Assembly (NCBI RefSeq): GCF_006345805.1
Contig: NW_021824309.1
Span: 1-18,944, forward strand
Length of the DNA: 18,944 nucleotides
Source: Octopus sinensis
Taxonomy: Eukaryota
Direction: 5' to 3'
The notes under the pieces are model-generated. The model was not told the DNA's origin and did no database searches. It was given only the letters and a program-made list of their open reading frames with translations. Numbering within the stretch: position 1 is the stretch's first letter; each line of letters begins with the position of its first letter. A program made the position numbers and the translations under genes. Shown piece after piece: positions 1 through 8,840 of this stretch.

Positions 1-70
1 GGGAGTAGGTGATTTCCTTGTTGGTTTCGTAAATGTTGCGTGTGTATGAGCATAAGCGTAGGTTTGTGCA

Positions 71-178
71 CGTGTGTGTGTGTGCCCATGTTGTGTGTGT
101 GTGTGTGTGTGTGTGTGCCCATGTGTGTGTGTGGTGTGTGTGTGTGTGTGTGTGTGTGCCCATGTGTGTGTGTGTGTG

Positions 179-235
<57 letters not shown>

Positions 236-408
236 CCATGTGTGTGTGTGTGTGTGTGTGTGCGTGTGTGTGTGTGCCCATGTGTGTGTGTGTGTGTCCC
301 CAGTGTTTGTGTGTGTGTGCCCATTGTGTGTGTGTTGTGTTGTGTGTGCGTGTGTGTGTGTGCCCATGTGTGTTGTGTGTGTGTGCCCATGTGTGTGTGT
401 GTTTGCCC

Positions 409-442
<34 letters not shown>
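71..442. repeat. Compound (TG)n microsatellite periodically interrupted by CCCA nodes
   Basis: Long TG runs separated about nine times by 'tgccca(t)'; gives the Val/Cys pseudo-ORFs in all three + frames. Confidence 0.95.
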
Positions 443-447
<5 letters not shown>

Positions 448-547
448 GGTCTATCTTCAGGAGAATTGGTTAATTGTTTTCGGAGGATGATCATGAGGTT
501 GGACCAAAAAGAAATTCAGTTGTTAGAACTGATGGCGATGAAAATTG

Positions 548-550
548 ATG

Positions 551-589
<39 letters not shown>

Positions 590-890
590 GGGGTGGGGCT
601 TGGTAAGGAGATCGTGGTAGGTTCAGGAAGTTCGAAGTTATGGTCAGGGAGATCATTGTGGTGCCTATGATGCTGAATACAATAATGGTGATGATGCTGA
701 TGAGGATGATGACGCTGATGATGATGGCGACGACGACGACGACGACGATGAGGATGGTGATGATGATGATGACGACGACGACGACATTGATGAGTGGTAG
801 TGATGGCGGTGATGTTAGTAATGGTGGTCATGGATTTGATGATGACAACTTTGAGAATAATAATGGTGATGATGTCGACGATAATGACGT
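548..890. repeat. (GAT)n / (GAC)n trinucleotide and low-complexity block
   Basis: Pure GAT run at ~548-588; degenerate GAT/GAC/GGT mosaic at ~680-890. Confidence 0.9.
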
Positions 891-1110
891 AAATAGAGAA
901 CTAATGATATATTGGTGGAGGGAGAGAGAGAGGGGGGGGGGAGAAGAGAGAGAAAGAAAAAAAATCGAAGGGAAGAGAAATCGGATAGAGGAAAAGAGCG
1001 ACACATCCAAAAATGCATTGTCTCTCCTTTCTATAAAAAAATTATGTGTTTGTTTTAAAATTTGAGATTACACTGAAATTAGGATTTATTATTGCGTAGG
1101 ATTTATAATA

Positions 1111-1124
1111 AAATAATAATAATG

Positions 1125-1174
<50 letters not shown>

Positions 1175-1300
1175 TATTATTATTATTATTATTTCTAATG
1201 ATAATAATATAATAATAATAATAATATAATAATAATAATAATAATTATTATTATATTATTATAATGATAATAATAATAATATATAATAATATAATTATTA

Positions 1301-1334
<34 letters not shown>

Positions 1335-1375
1335 TTATTATCATTATTGATATTATTATTATTGATGTTGTTATT
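1111..1375. repeat. (AAT)n/(ATT)n microsatellite with repeated orientation switches
   Basis: AAT runs followed directly by ATT runs three times. Confidence 0.95.
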
Positions 1376-1499
1376 GTTGTTGTCGTCTTCGACGTCATTG
1401 CTGCTGTTGTACGATAGTGCACTCTTTGAGGTGGCATTTGCTGCTATTTCTTGTTCGTTGAGCAACTACTTCAAATTCCCTTACGTTGGCACACAATGC

Positions 1500-1766
1500 C
1501 GTTGCTGCTGCTGCTACTGACAGTGGTATTGATGATGGTGATAACGACAACGATGATGACGATCATGCAAATGATGATGATTCTGATGACGATGATGATG
1601 ATGCTATAGACGAGGATAATGGTAATGAGGAGGAGGAAGGGGCTATGAAGGATTATTGAAATTTATGATGGCGTCATTGATCAAGAGCAACGTCAGCATC
1701 GTCGCTGTCGTCGTCGTCGTCTTCGCAATTACTACTACTACTACTACTACTACCTCTACTACTACA

Positions 1767-1820
<54 letters not shown>

Positions 1821-2120
1821 ACTACTATACTACTACTACTACTACTACTACTGCTACTACTACTACTAGTTTCTAATGATGCTAACGTTAAGAAGCATTT
1901 CCATTAATGATATTATAATTGCCTCAAAAATGATTTTAAAAATCTACCAAGTTTCAAAAGCAATGCACACAGAAGCAAAACCCCAGATGATAGAGATGAC
2001 AACAACAAAAACAACAACAACAACAACAACAGCAACAGCAACAGCAACAAGGATATTAACAACACCAAAATCATAGTGTAACAACAATAACAACAAGGAT
2101 AACAGTTATATCAGCAACAA
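1500..2120. repeat. Mixed trinucleotide repeats (GCT, GAT, GTC, ACT, ACA)
   Basis: (ACT)n/(GCT)n at ~1730-1868, (ACA)n at ~2000-2100, GAT-rich at 1530-1620. Confidence 0.9.
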
Positions 2121-2149
2121 TAAGAAAAGTAACGACTAAGGTGTGTGCC

Positions 2150-2350
2150 TACATGTATATCTATATCCATCTATCTCTCTATATATTTATGTGTGTGTAT
2201 GTATATGTACGTATATATATATATGTATGAAGATATATAAATATGTATATATATATATATGTGTGTGTGTGTATGTGTGTGAGTATGTGTGTGCGCGCGC
2301 ATATACATATGTATATGCATATAGATATGCATATATATATATATATATAC
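2150..2350. repeat. (TA)n/(TG)n dinucleotide mosaic
   Basis: Direct inspection. Confidence 0.9.
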
Positions 2351-2460
2351 TTTATTATATAAAAAACATTTTTTGATAAGGTTCGTTATTTCAAGAACCG
2401 AAACATGTAAAATTAAAATTTATCTAATATAGCGGCATTTTCAAACTTTATTTTTTACAA

Positions 2461-2491
<31 letters not shown>

Positions 2492-2819
2492 TAAAGGGGC
2501 TTGCATGATTGTGTATAGAGGGATATATATTATTCAAAGGAATTCCAACTCTCTGTTTTTTATGTTCTATTTATATTGTTTATAATATTAATGTAGAATA
2601 TAGAATATATAGTGTAAATAGTATATATAGTAAAATGAACGAAGTATTGATTCCCTTATTGAATACATGAACTATTGAATATCAAATATTAAGGGACTGG
2701 TATACTTTTTTGCAGTTAAGCAGTCTTCAAGGTCTCAAGTTGTGGACAGGAGTGTTTCAACTGACAGTTGGAAACCCTGACAGTTGAAATATATAAACAG
2801 AGTTGGAATTCATTTGAAT

Positions 2820-2880
<61 letters not shown>

Positions 2881-2881
<1 letters not shown>

Positions 2882-3750
2882 TGTGTCATCCCATAAATAA
2901 GTTCTTTTTTATTCTAAAATATACTCTCCTTAATTTTCTAGGTTCTTCCATCTCTCTGGTAGACTCTTCCAAAATTCACTTGTCTCTCATGAAAAATACT
3001 CCTCAAGTACTGTTCTGACCTCTTCTACAAAATTCATATTTTCCCCACCAATTGATTTTGAAGACTGCAGAATAAATGATATAATAAGACTGAGTAATGT
3101 CCGACGAATATGGTCAGTGGGGCATCATTTCCCATTCAAACTTCTCCAGCCTTTGGAATATCATCCTCTCTGTAAGTGGCCGAGCATTATCTTGATGGAA
3201 GGACACATTTCGTCTTGAAACCAAAGATGTCTGTTTTTCTTCTAGTGCTGACTTGAATGACTAGTTGAATGATTTAATCCAAGCTTCTGTGCTACTTACT
3301 CAACAGTTATGATGAGATTATGTTACACCAGGGTTTGCAGGACGTCCTCATCGAGCTCTGCAGATCTTCCAGGATGAGGCTTGTCTTCTAGACTGTAGTT
3401 TCCGGTTCGGAATTTCTCGAACCACCGTTGACACTGATTTACTATTCCTCGCACTTTGCGTTGCGTTGTTGCCTTTATGGAACTCATAAAGGAAAATTTG
3501 CCGAATATACTCCTTTGTCACTTCCATTACAGCTTTTAAAAAATAATTGTTAAGATCGAACTGCACTCTTTAGAATTTGCACTAAGAATAAGGACAAGGT
3601 AAAATTAATATCTGCTTTTGTAGCAAGTTGATGCAGGTAGTTTATCCCGTCCCCCTTTGACTTTTAGTTCATGCAATTGAAAAAAACCACATTATTTATA
3701 CAGTTCTATATTTAAGAGGTGAGGAATTATGTACGTTATTTATGGCCCAA
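2881..3750 (-). mobile_element. Internally deleted Tc1/mariner (mariner-type) DNA transposon
   Basis: Degenerate TIRs: left ttgtgtcatcccataaataa (2881); right end on - strand ttgggcc-ataaataa...tgtggtttttt, interrupted by a 36-nt insert. TA flanks both ends inside (TA)n. Contains transposase remnants. Confidence 0.9.
2909..3527 (-). pseudogene. Mariner transposase pseudogene (HTH N-terminus fused to C-terminal part of the catalytic domain)
   Basis: - strand reads MEVTKEYIRQIFLYEFHKGNNATQSARN, then across frameshifts QRWFEKFRTGNYSLEDKPHPGRSAELDEDVLQTLV, then SALEEKQTSLVSRRNVSFHQDNARP, EWEMMPH*PYSSDI, HLFCSLQN, EEVRTVLEEYFS, LPERWK and GEYILE*. HQDNARP and HPPYSPD-like motifs are diagnostic of mariner transposases. 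Stops and frameshifts present; the first catalytic Asp region is missing. Confidence 0.92.
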
Positions 3751-3770
3751 TATATATATAGATATGTATA

Positions 3771-5950
3771 TATAAAGCCAACTGGGATGCAATCAGGAAC
3801 GAGCTATCAAATGTTGACTGGTCCTTTACACATACACACATCTCCACCAACCATAAAACATCTTGGCAGATCTTTGTAGACACCGTCACAGACATATGTG
3901 CAAAACACTCCCCACCAAGACCTGTGAACAAAAAGTGCAGAATCCCCCCCCAAAACAGAAAAACCATTATCAGAAAATAAAAAGAACAAACAAAAAAATT
4001 AACAAACTAAGTACTGCCAACAGCACACACACATTCGACGGCTATCGCACTGCTTGAATCCAAAAAATATAACCTCCAACAATGCATGAAGACCCTCATC
4101 AATAACCAAAGATCAGCTGAGGAGAAAGTGGGCCATTGAAAAAATCAAACTCAACCCCAAAGTGTTCTTTTCATTTGCGAGGAAACGCAGGGTCACTGTC
4201 TCCACTGTAGGCCCTCTAATTGACAAACTGGCACTCTCCAAGATATGCCAATCCATGGCCGAGATACTGCAGAAACAACGCTGCTGTTTTCAGCAATCCT
4301 GATATGGCCGATCTGGGCTGTATCAGTGATGTCAACCCCCAACACTATATCGGACATAACGTTTAGTGCCCCTGATGTCTTAGCGGCGATAAACGAAATA
4401 AAACACAATTCAGCAGTAGGCCCCGATAGGTTCCCTGCTTGTGTCCTGAAGGCGTGTCGACACCAACTTGCATCTCCCCTTGCTAATCTGTGGAGAAACT
4501 CACTGGATGCTGGCTATATTCCAAAAAACCTTCTGTCCCAGTCTGTTGTCCCAGTTTTCAAAAAGGGAAACAAGTCCCTTGCAGTGAATTACCGTCCGAT
4601 CTCACTCACCTCTCATATCATCAAGGTATTTGAGAGGGTGGTGAGATCTCGAATAACCCAATTTCTGGAAAGCAACAGACGGCTGATCTCCAACCAACAT
4701 GGGTTCCGTAATGGAAGGGACTGCCTAACGCAGCTCCTGCATCACTTTGAGGACATTTTGAGAGCTTTGGGAGAGGCTCCAACACCGATGTCATCTACCT
4801 TGATTTCAGTAAGGCCTTCGACAGGGTCGATCACAAGATCCTATTGAAAAAACTATCCAACATTGGTGTCTCTGGAAAGTTACTGAAATGGATTAAGTGT
4901 TTCCTGACAGACAGATCTCAACATGTTGTAGTTGAAGGGGTAAAATCAAGCCCAGCCAAAGTCAGTAGTGGCGTTCCGCAAGGCACTGTGCTGGGCCCAC
5001 TTCTTTTCATCATTTACATTAATGACATTAATGACATCATCAAGCACAGCAACATAAAAATATTGCAGATGACTCCAAGCTACAGAAGGTCATAAATGAG
5101 GCGAGTGACCGGACATGCCTTCAGTCAGATCTACTGGCTGTTATCCAATGGGCAGAAAAAAACAATATGCTGCTGAACGAGGATAAATTTGAGCTAATCC
5201 ACTTTGGAAAAGAGGATGCCCTGAAACTCCCATACTCCCTTCCTTCAGGTGAAACTCTCGCGGCGTCCAACAACATCAGAGACTTGGGAGTAATTGTGGA
5301 CAACAACGTAAGCTGGGCCACTCATATAAACACCAAAGTTGACATGGCCCGCAGAATGTGTTCCTGGATTCTCAGAACTTTCCAGTCGAGAGATATCCAC
5401 ACCATTATCCTTCTCTTCTCCACTTTTGCCCGACCCCACCTTGAATACTGTTGTCCACTGTGGTCTCCCCACACAATACAAGGTATCATAAAAGTTGAAG
5501 CACCTCAAAGGGCAATCACAAAAAAGATAGATGGCATGACAGGCCTCGACTATTGGGGTCGACTAGAAAAGCTAAAACTCTATTTCTCTCCAACGTCGTC
5601 GTGAGCGCTACATCATCTGCATGATGTGGAAAATATTCCATCAGCATTGCCCAAATGATGTTGGCATCACCTTTAAGGTACATCCAAGGCTTGGGCCCCG
5701 TGCCATCCGCCCAAAACAAAAATCGCACTCTTCATCTCATAACAACAATACGGCACAATTATTTCACCTCAATTGGCCCGCTCTCTTTAACATTACACCC
5801 AAAACACATTAAAACAGAAACTGACCCTATAGGTTCAAGAAGTCTTTGGACAGATTCCTTCAAGAAATCCCGGATAAACCCCCTACACCCGGATATGTCT
5901 CTGTAAACAATAACTCTCTACTTGAGTGGGCCATAGTGCCCAAATTCTGA
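3771..5950 (+). pseudogene. LINE ORF2 reverse transcriptase, frameshifted
   Basis: Stitched translation: AIEKIKLNPKVFFSF; SAVGPDRFPACVLK; VVPVFKKGNKSLAVNYRPISLTSHIIKVFERVV; QHGFRNGRDCLTQLL; DVIYLDFSKAFDRVDH; SGVPQGTVLGPLLFIIYIND; I(F)ADDS at 5060-5076; RDLGVIVD; RPHLEYCCPLWSP; LKLYSLQRRRERY; PGYVSVNNNSLLEW; stop TGA at 5948-5950. Confidence 0.95.
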
Positions 5951-6040
5951 CTTGAAAGACTTCACCAGGTGGTGCTATTAAGTTAGACATGGCCTGGGCC
6001 AATAATGGCCGAAACCTATCAAAGTATCAAAGTATCAAAG
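3771..6040 (+). mobile_element. 5'-truncated CR1-group LINE (ORF2 linker + RT + C-terminus, short 3' UTR, tandem 8-mer tail)
   Basis: Starts at YKANWDAIRNELSNVDW, a typical post-endonuclease linker; ends in (TATCAAAG)3 at 6017-6040; flanked by (TA)n on both sides. Confidence 0.93.
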
Positions 6041-6169
6041 TATATATATATATATTATATATATATATATGTAAGTGTGTGTGTGTGTATGCATATATAT
6101 ATATATACAAACACACACATACATACCTACATACACGTGCAAACACATACATACATATATGTATATATG

Positions 6170-6353
6170 CTTTTTTACTCTAAGCACAAAGCCCCTAATT
6201 TTGGGGGAGGGGTCAGTCGATTAGATCAACCCCAGTACGAAAGGATGAAAGGCAAAGTCGACCACAGCGGAATTCGAACTCAGAACACGAAGACAAACGA
6301 AATACCGCAAAGCATTTCGCCCTGCTTGCTAACGTTTCTCCCAGCACGTCACC
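6170..6353 (-). mobile_element. tRNA-derived SINE (Octopus OK-like; Nin/Deu-type core), internally deleted
   Basis: Reverse complement matches the + copy at 12992-13222 (agaaacgttagca...gaaatgct...gcggtatttcg...ctgagttc.aattccgc...gtcgactttgcctttcatcctttcg). Lacks the gggg.cgataaattaagtaccag segment and has a different 3' tail. Confidence 0.85.
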
Positions 6354-6646
6354 TTTACATATATGTATATATCGACGTAGCAATGACAACAGCAAAGGCA
6401 GAGATTCACATTTAACAAATTGAAAATCACTTTATCAAGCAAAGAGAAGATTCTTTTTCCTTTCAGTCTTTCATATTTTATTAATTGATGTTCTTCTCTC
6501 ATAAAAATCATTTATGGTGACAGGAAGTCTACGTAGAAACCATTAAAACATCCATTCTGATGCTCTTTAACTCTTTTATCTCACTATCAGCTTCGCCTCT
6601 CATCCTCTCATTCTCCTTATTTCTTTCAAAGGAGCTCTCCTCATCA

Positions 6647-6649
<3 letters not shown>

Positions 6650-6680
<31 letters not shown>

Positions 6681-6715
6681 ACACACACACACACACACAC
6701 ACTTAAACACACACA
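6650..6715. repeat. (CA)n microsatellite
   Basis: Direct inspection. Confidence 0.95.
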
Positions 6716-6907
6716 TATTTATATGTATGTACGTAAAAGAATATTTGTATCCTGTCCTTATTTCAGAAGATTAAACGAGCTTTACGGTGACAAATTGAAG
6801 TTTTGAGTACTTGAAATGGTAGAGTAGTCACAGGCAAGCCGAGGTACGCAGGACTTTCTGAATTAAGCACTTAACGAAAAATTACCTTCAACTACTTTAG
6901 CAGTGCA

Positions 6908-7192
6908 GGCCGCGTGACTTAGCCTGGACCGGGCTGCGTGTTGTGTTCTTGAGCAAGACACTTTATTTCACGTTGCTCCAGTTCACTCAACTGTAGGAAT
7001 GAGTTGCGACATCACTGGTGCTAAGCTGTATCGGTCTTTGCCTTTCCCTTGGATAACATCGGTGGCGTGGAGAGGAGAGGCTGGTGTGCATGGGCGACTG
7101 CTGGTCTGCCATAAAACAACCTTGCCCGGACCTGTGCCTCGGTGGGTAACTTTGCAGGTACAATCTCATGGTCATTCCTGACCGAAGGGGTC
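6908..7192 (+). mobile_element. tRNA-derived CORE-type SINE (Octopus OR-like), head largely deleted
   Basis: Body tgtgttcttgagcaagacactttatttcacgttgct...gcctttcccttggataacatcggtggcgtggagagg aligns with the reverse complement of 15581-15865; CORE-like cttgagcaagacacttt. Confidence 0.85.
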
Positions 7193-7739
7193 ACACTTTC
7201 TGGGCAAAAGTCACTTAACAGTTAATCAAAATGCGAGATTAAAACAAAAACAAAAATATTATTTTATATGCAACTTTGCTAATAAATCGACAAACGTTGA
7301 AAAATAAAAACAGATTTTAACTCAGAGTATTCAATTATTAATCATTCATAATTGGAATGAATAAATAAAATCGAGTATTAGGTATTTATGGAATTTTGAT
7401 TTACCGTCGAGTGACATTTGGCCTACATATATCTATATATATATATATATATATATAAATTTATATAAATAAGGATAAGAACGTTATTTAAAATGCTGAT
7501 CTTATCAAGTGGCCAGCATGGGAATAAAATCCTCAAAGGTAATAATTATTATTAAAATTATAATTAAGGGTATCTGAGAGATACCACCATGCTAGAAATA
7601 GCAGCCAAAACTTGACTCTAAAACCACATTAAATGTTCATACAGCACAAGGAGAGAAGACAACGAGACAAATGAACTAGCAAAAAAAAAAAATGATTCAC
7701 TGGATAATTTCAGATCCTGCATAAGAAATGCTTTGCCTT

Positions 7740-7822
<83 letters not shown>
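7740..7822. repeat. (TA)n microsatellite
   Basis: Direct inspection; forms the left flank of the hammerhead element. Confidence 0.95.
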
Positions 7823-7825
<3 letters not shown>

Positions 7826-7828
7826 CAT

Positions 7829-8340
7829 ATAATAAATCTCAGACCGAGTTATAAACAGTAGCTACAACACATCGTGACGTATATTGCCATTTAAATATAG
7901 CCAGCTGGAGGGGTGTCCTCCTGGGGCTACAAACTACAGTAGCATCCATCCACCCTAGGGTTAGCCATATTTAATGGCAAATATACGTCACGATGTGTTG
8001 TACCTACTGTTTATAACTCGCTCTGAGATTTATTATTGCTTGTTACACTTTTTCGATATCAGTGCCTATCGATACTGGAAAAAGGTTTAAGTATTTGTGA
8101 AGGGAACCTACTTCTCATCGACAACTGTGATTGTCACACGCTGATGACGGGTCAATACTCAGAAACTCGAGTCCGTGTGTATCATAATTTGAAGACGGGA
8201 AGGATGGCTTCCCTTTGCAAATACTGATAGGGCACAGAAAGTGTGTCTATAGCCAGCTGGAGGAGGTGTCCTCCTGGGGCTACAAACTACAGTAACATCT
8301 ACCTTTAGGGGTTAGCCATATTTAAATGGCAAATATACGT
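7829..8340 (+). mobile_element. Non-autonomous retrozyme-like element: 352-bp unit + partial tandem copy + 5' inverted arm
   Basis: Direct repeat 7896-7988 / 8248-8340 (period 352 bp); 74-bp inverted repeat 7829-7902 / 7964-8036; hammerhead motif at 8135-8179; no coding capacity; (TA)n on both sides. Confidence 0.7.
8135..8179 (+). ncRNA. Minimal type I hammerhead ribozyme
   Basis: Helix I cacacg (8135-40) / cgtgtg (8174-79); core CTGATGA (8141-47); helix II gggt-caat-actc with a flanking C.A mismatch; GAAA (8162-65); palindromic helix III ACTCGAGT; GTC triplet with predicted cleavage after 8173. Confidence 0.8.
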
Positions 8341-8452
8341 ATATATATTTACTTTCATTTATATATATATATATATATATACATATATAAATGAAAGGGA
8401 TCCAAACGGGTAAAACAGAAATAAAACGTATAGAAATATTTCATCGTTCATA

Positions 8453-8840
8453 GACGCAGGAGTGGCTGTGTGGTAAGTAAGCTAGCTTACCAACCACATG
8501 CTTCCAGGTTCAGTACCACTGCGTTGTACCTTGGGAAAGTGTCTTCTACTATAGCCTAGTGAGTGGATTCGGTAGACGGAAACTGAAAGAAACCCGTCGT
8601 ATATATATATATATGTGTGTGTGGTGTTTGTGTGTCTGTGTTTGTGTCCCCCCACCATCGCTCGAGAACCGATGCTGGTGTGTTTCGTCCCCGCAACTTA
8701 GCGGTTCGGCAAAAAGAATAAGTCCAGTACTAGGTTTACAAAGAATAAGTTTTGGGTTCGAGTTGTTCGACTAAAGTCGTTGCTCCAGCATGGCCGCAGT
8801 CAAATGACTGAAACAAGTAAAAGAGTAAACAGTAAAGAGA
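8453..8840 (+). mobile_element. tRNA-derived CORE-type SINE (second Octopus OR-like family) with internal TA/TG run
   Basis: A-box-like tggctgtgtgg, B-box-like ggttcagtacc, CORE-like accttgggaaagtgtctt, tail gaaacaagtaaaagagtaaa; matches my recollection of an abundant Octopus SINE. Confidence 0.8.

Noticed and set aside
33-606. Cys/Val-rich ORFs resembling metallothionein or keratin-associated proteins
   Set aside because: Direct translation of (TG)n.
690-730. CTGATGA matches at ~697, ~715 and ~1584
   Set aside because: Chance products of (GAT)n repeats, with no helix II/GAAA/NUH following.
3348-3566. SETMAR-like host gene
   Set aside because: No SET domain; the sequence is a TIR-bounded, stop-riddled mariner transposase.
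5990-6016. ggcc-loop-ggcc-GAAAC at the LINE 3' end resembling a hammerhead half
   Set aside because: No CTGANGA core upstream; better explained as the LINE 3' stem-loop.
6768-6810. Possible terminal exon RLNELYGDKLKF* after cctgtccttatttcAG
   Set aside because: Only 12 codons, no recognisable homology, and no supporting downstream signals.
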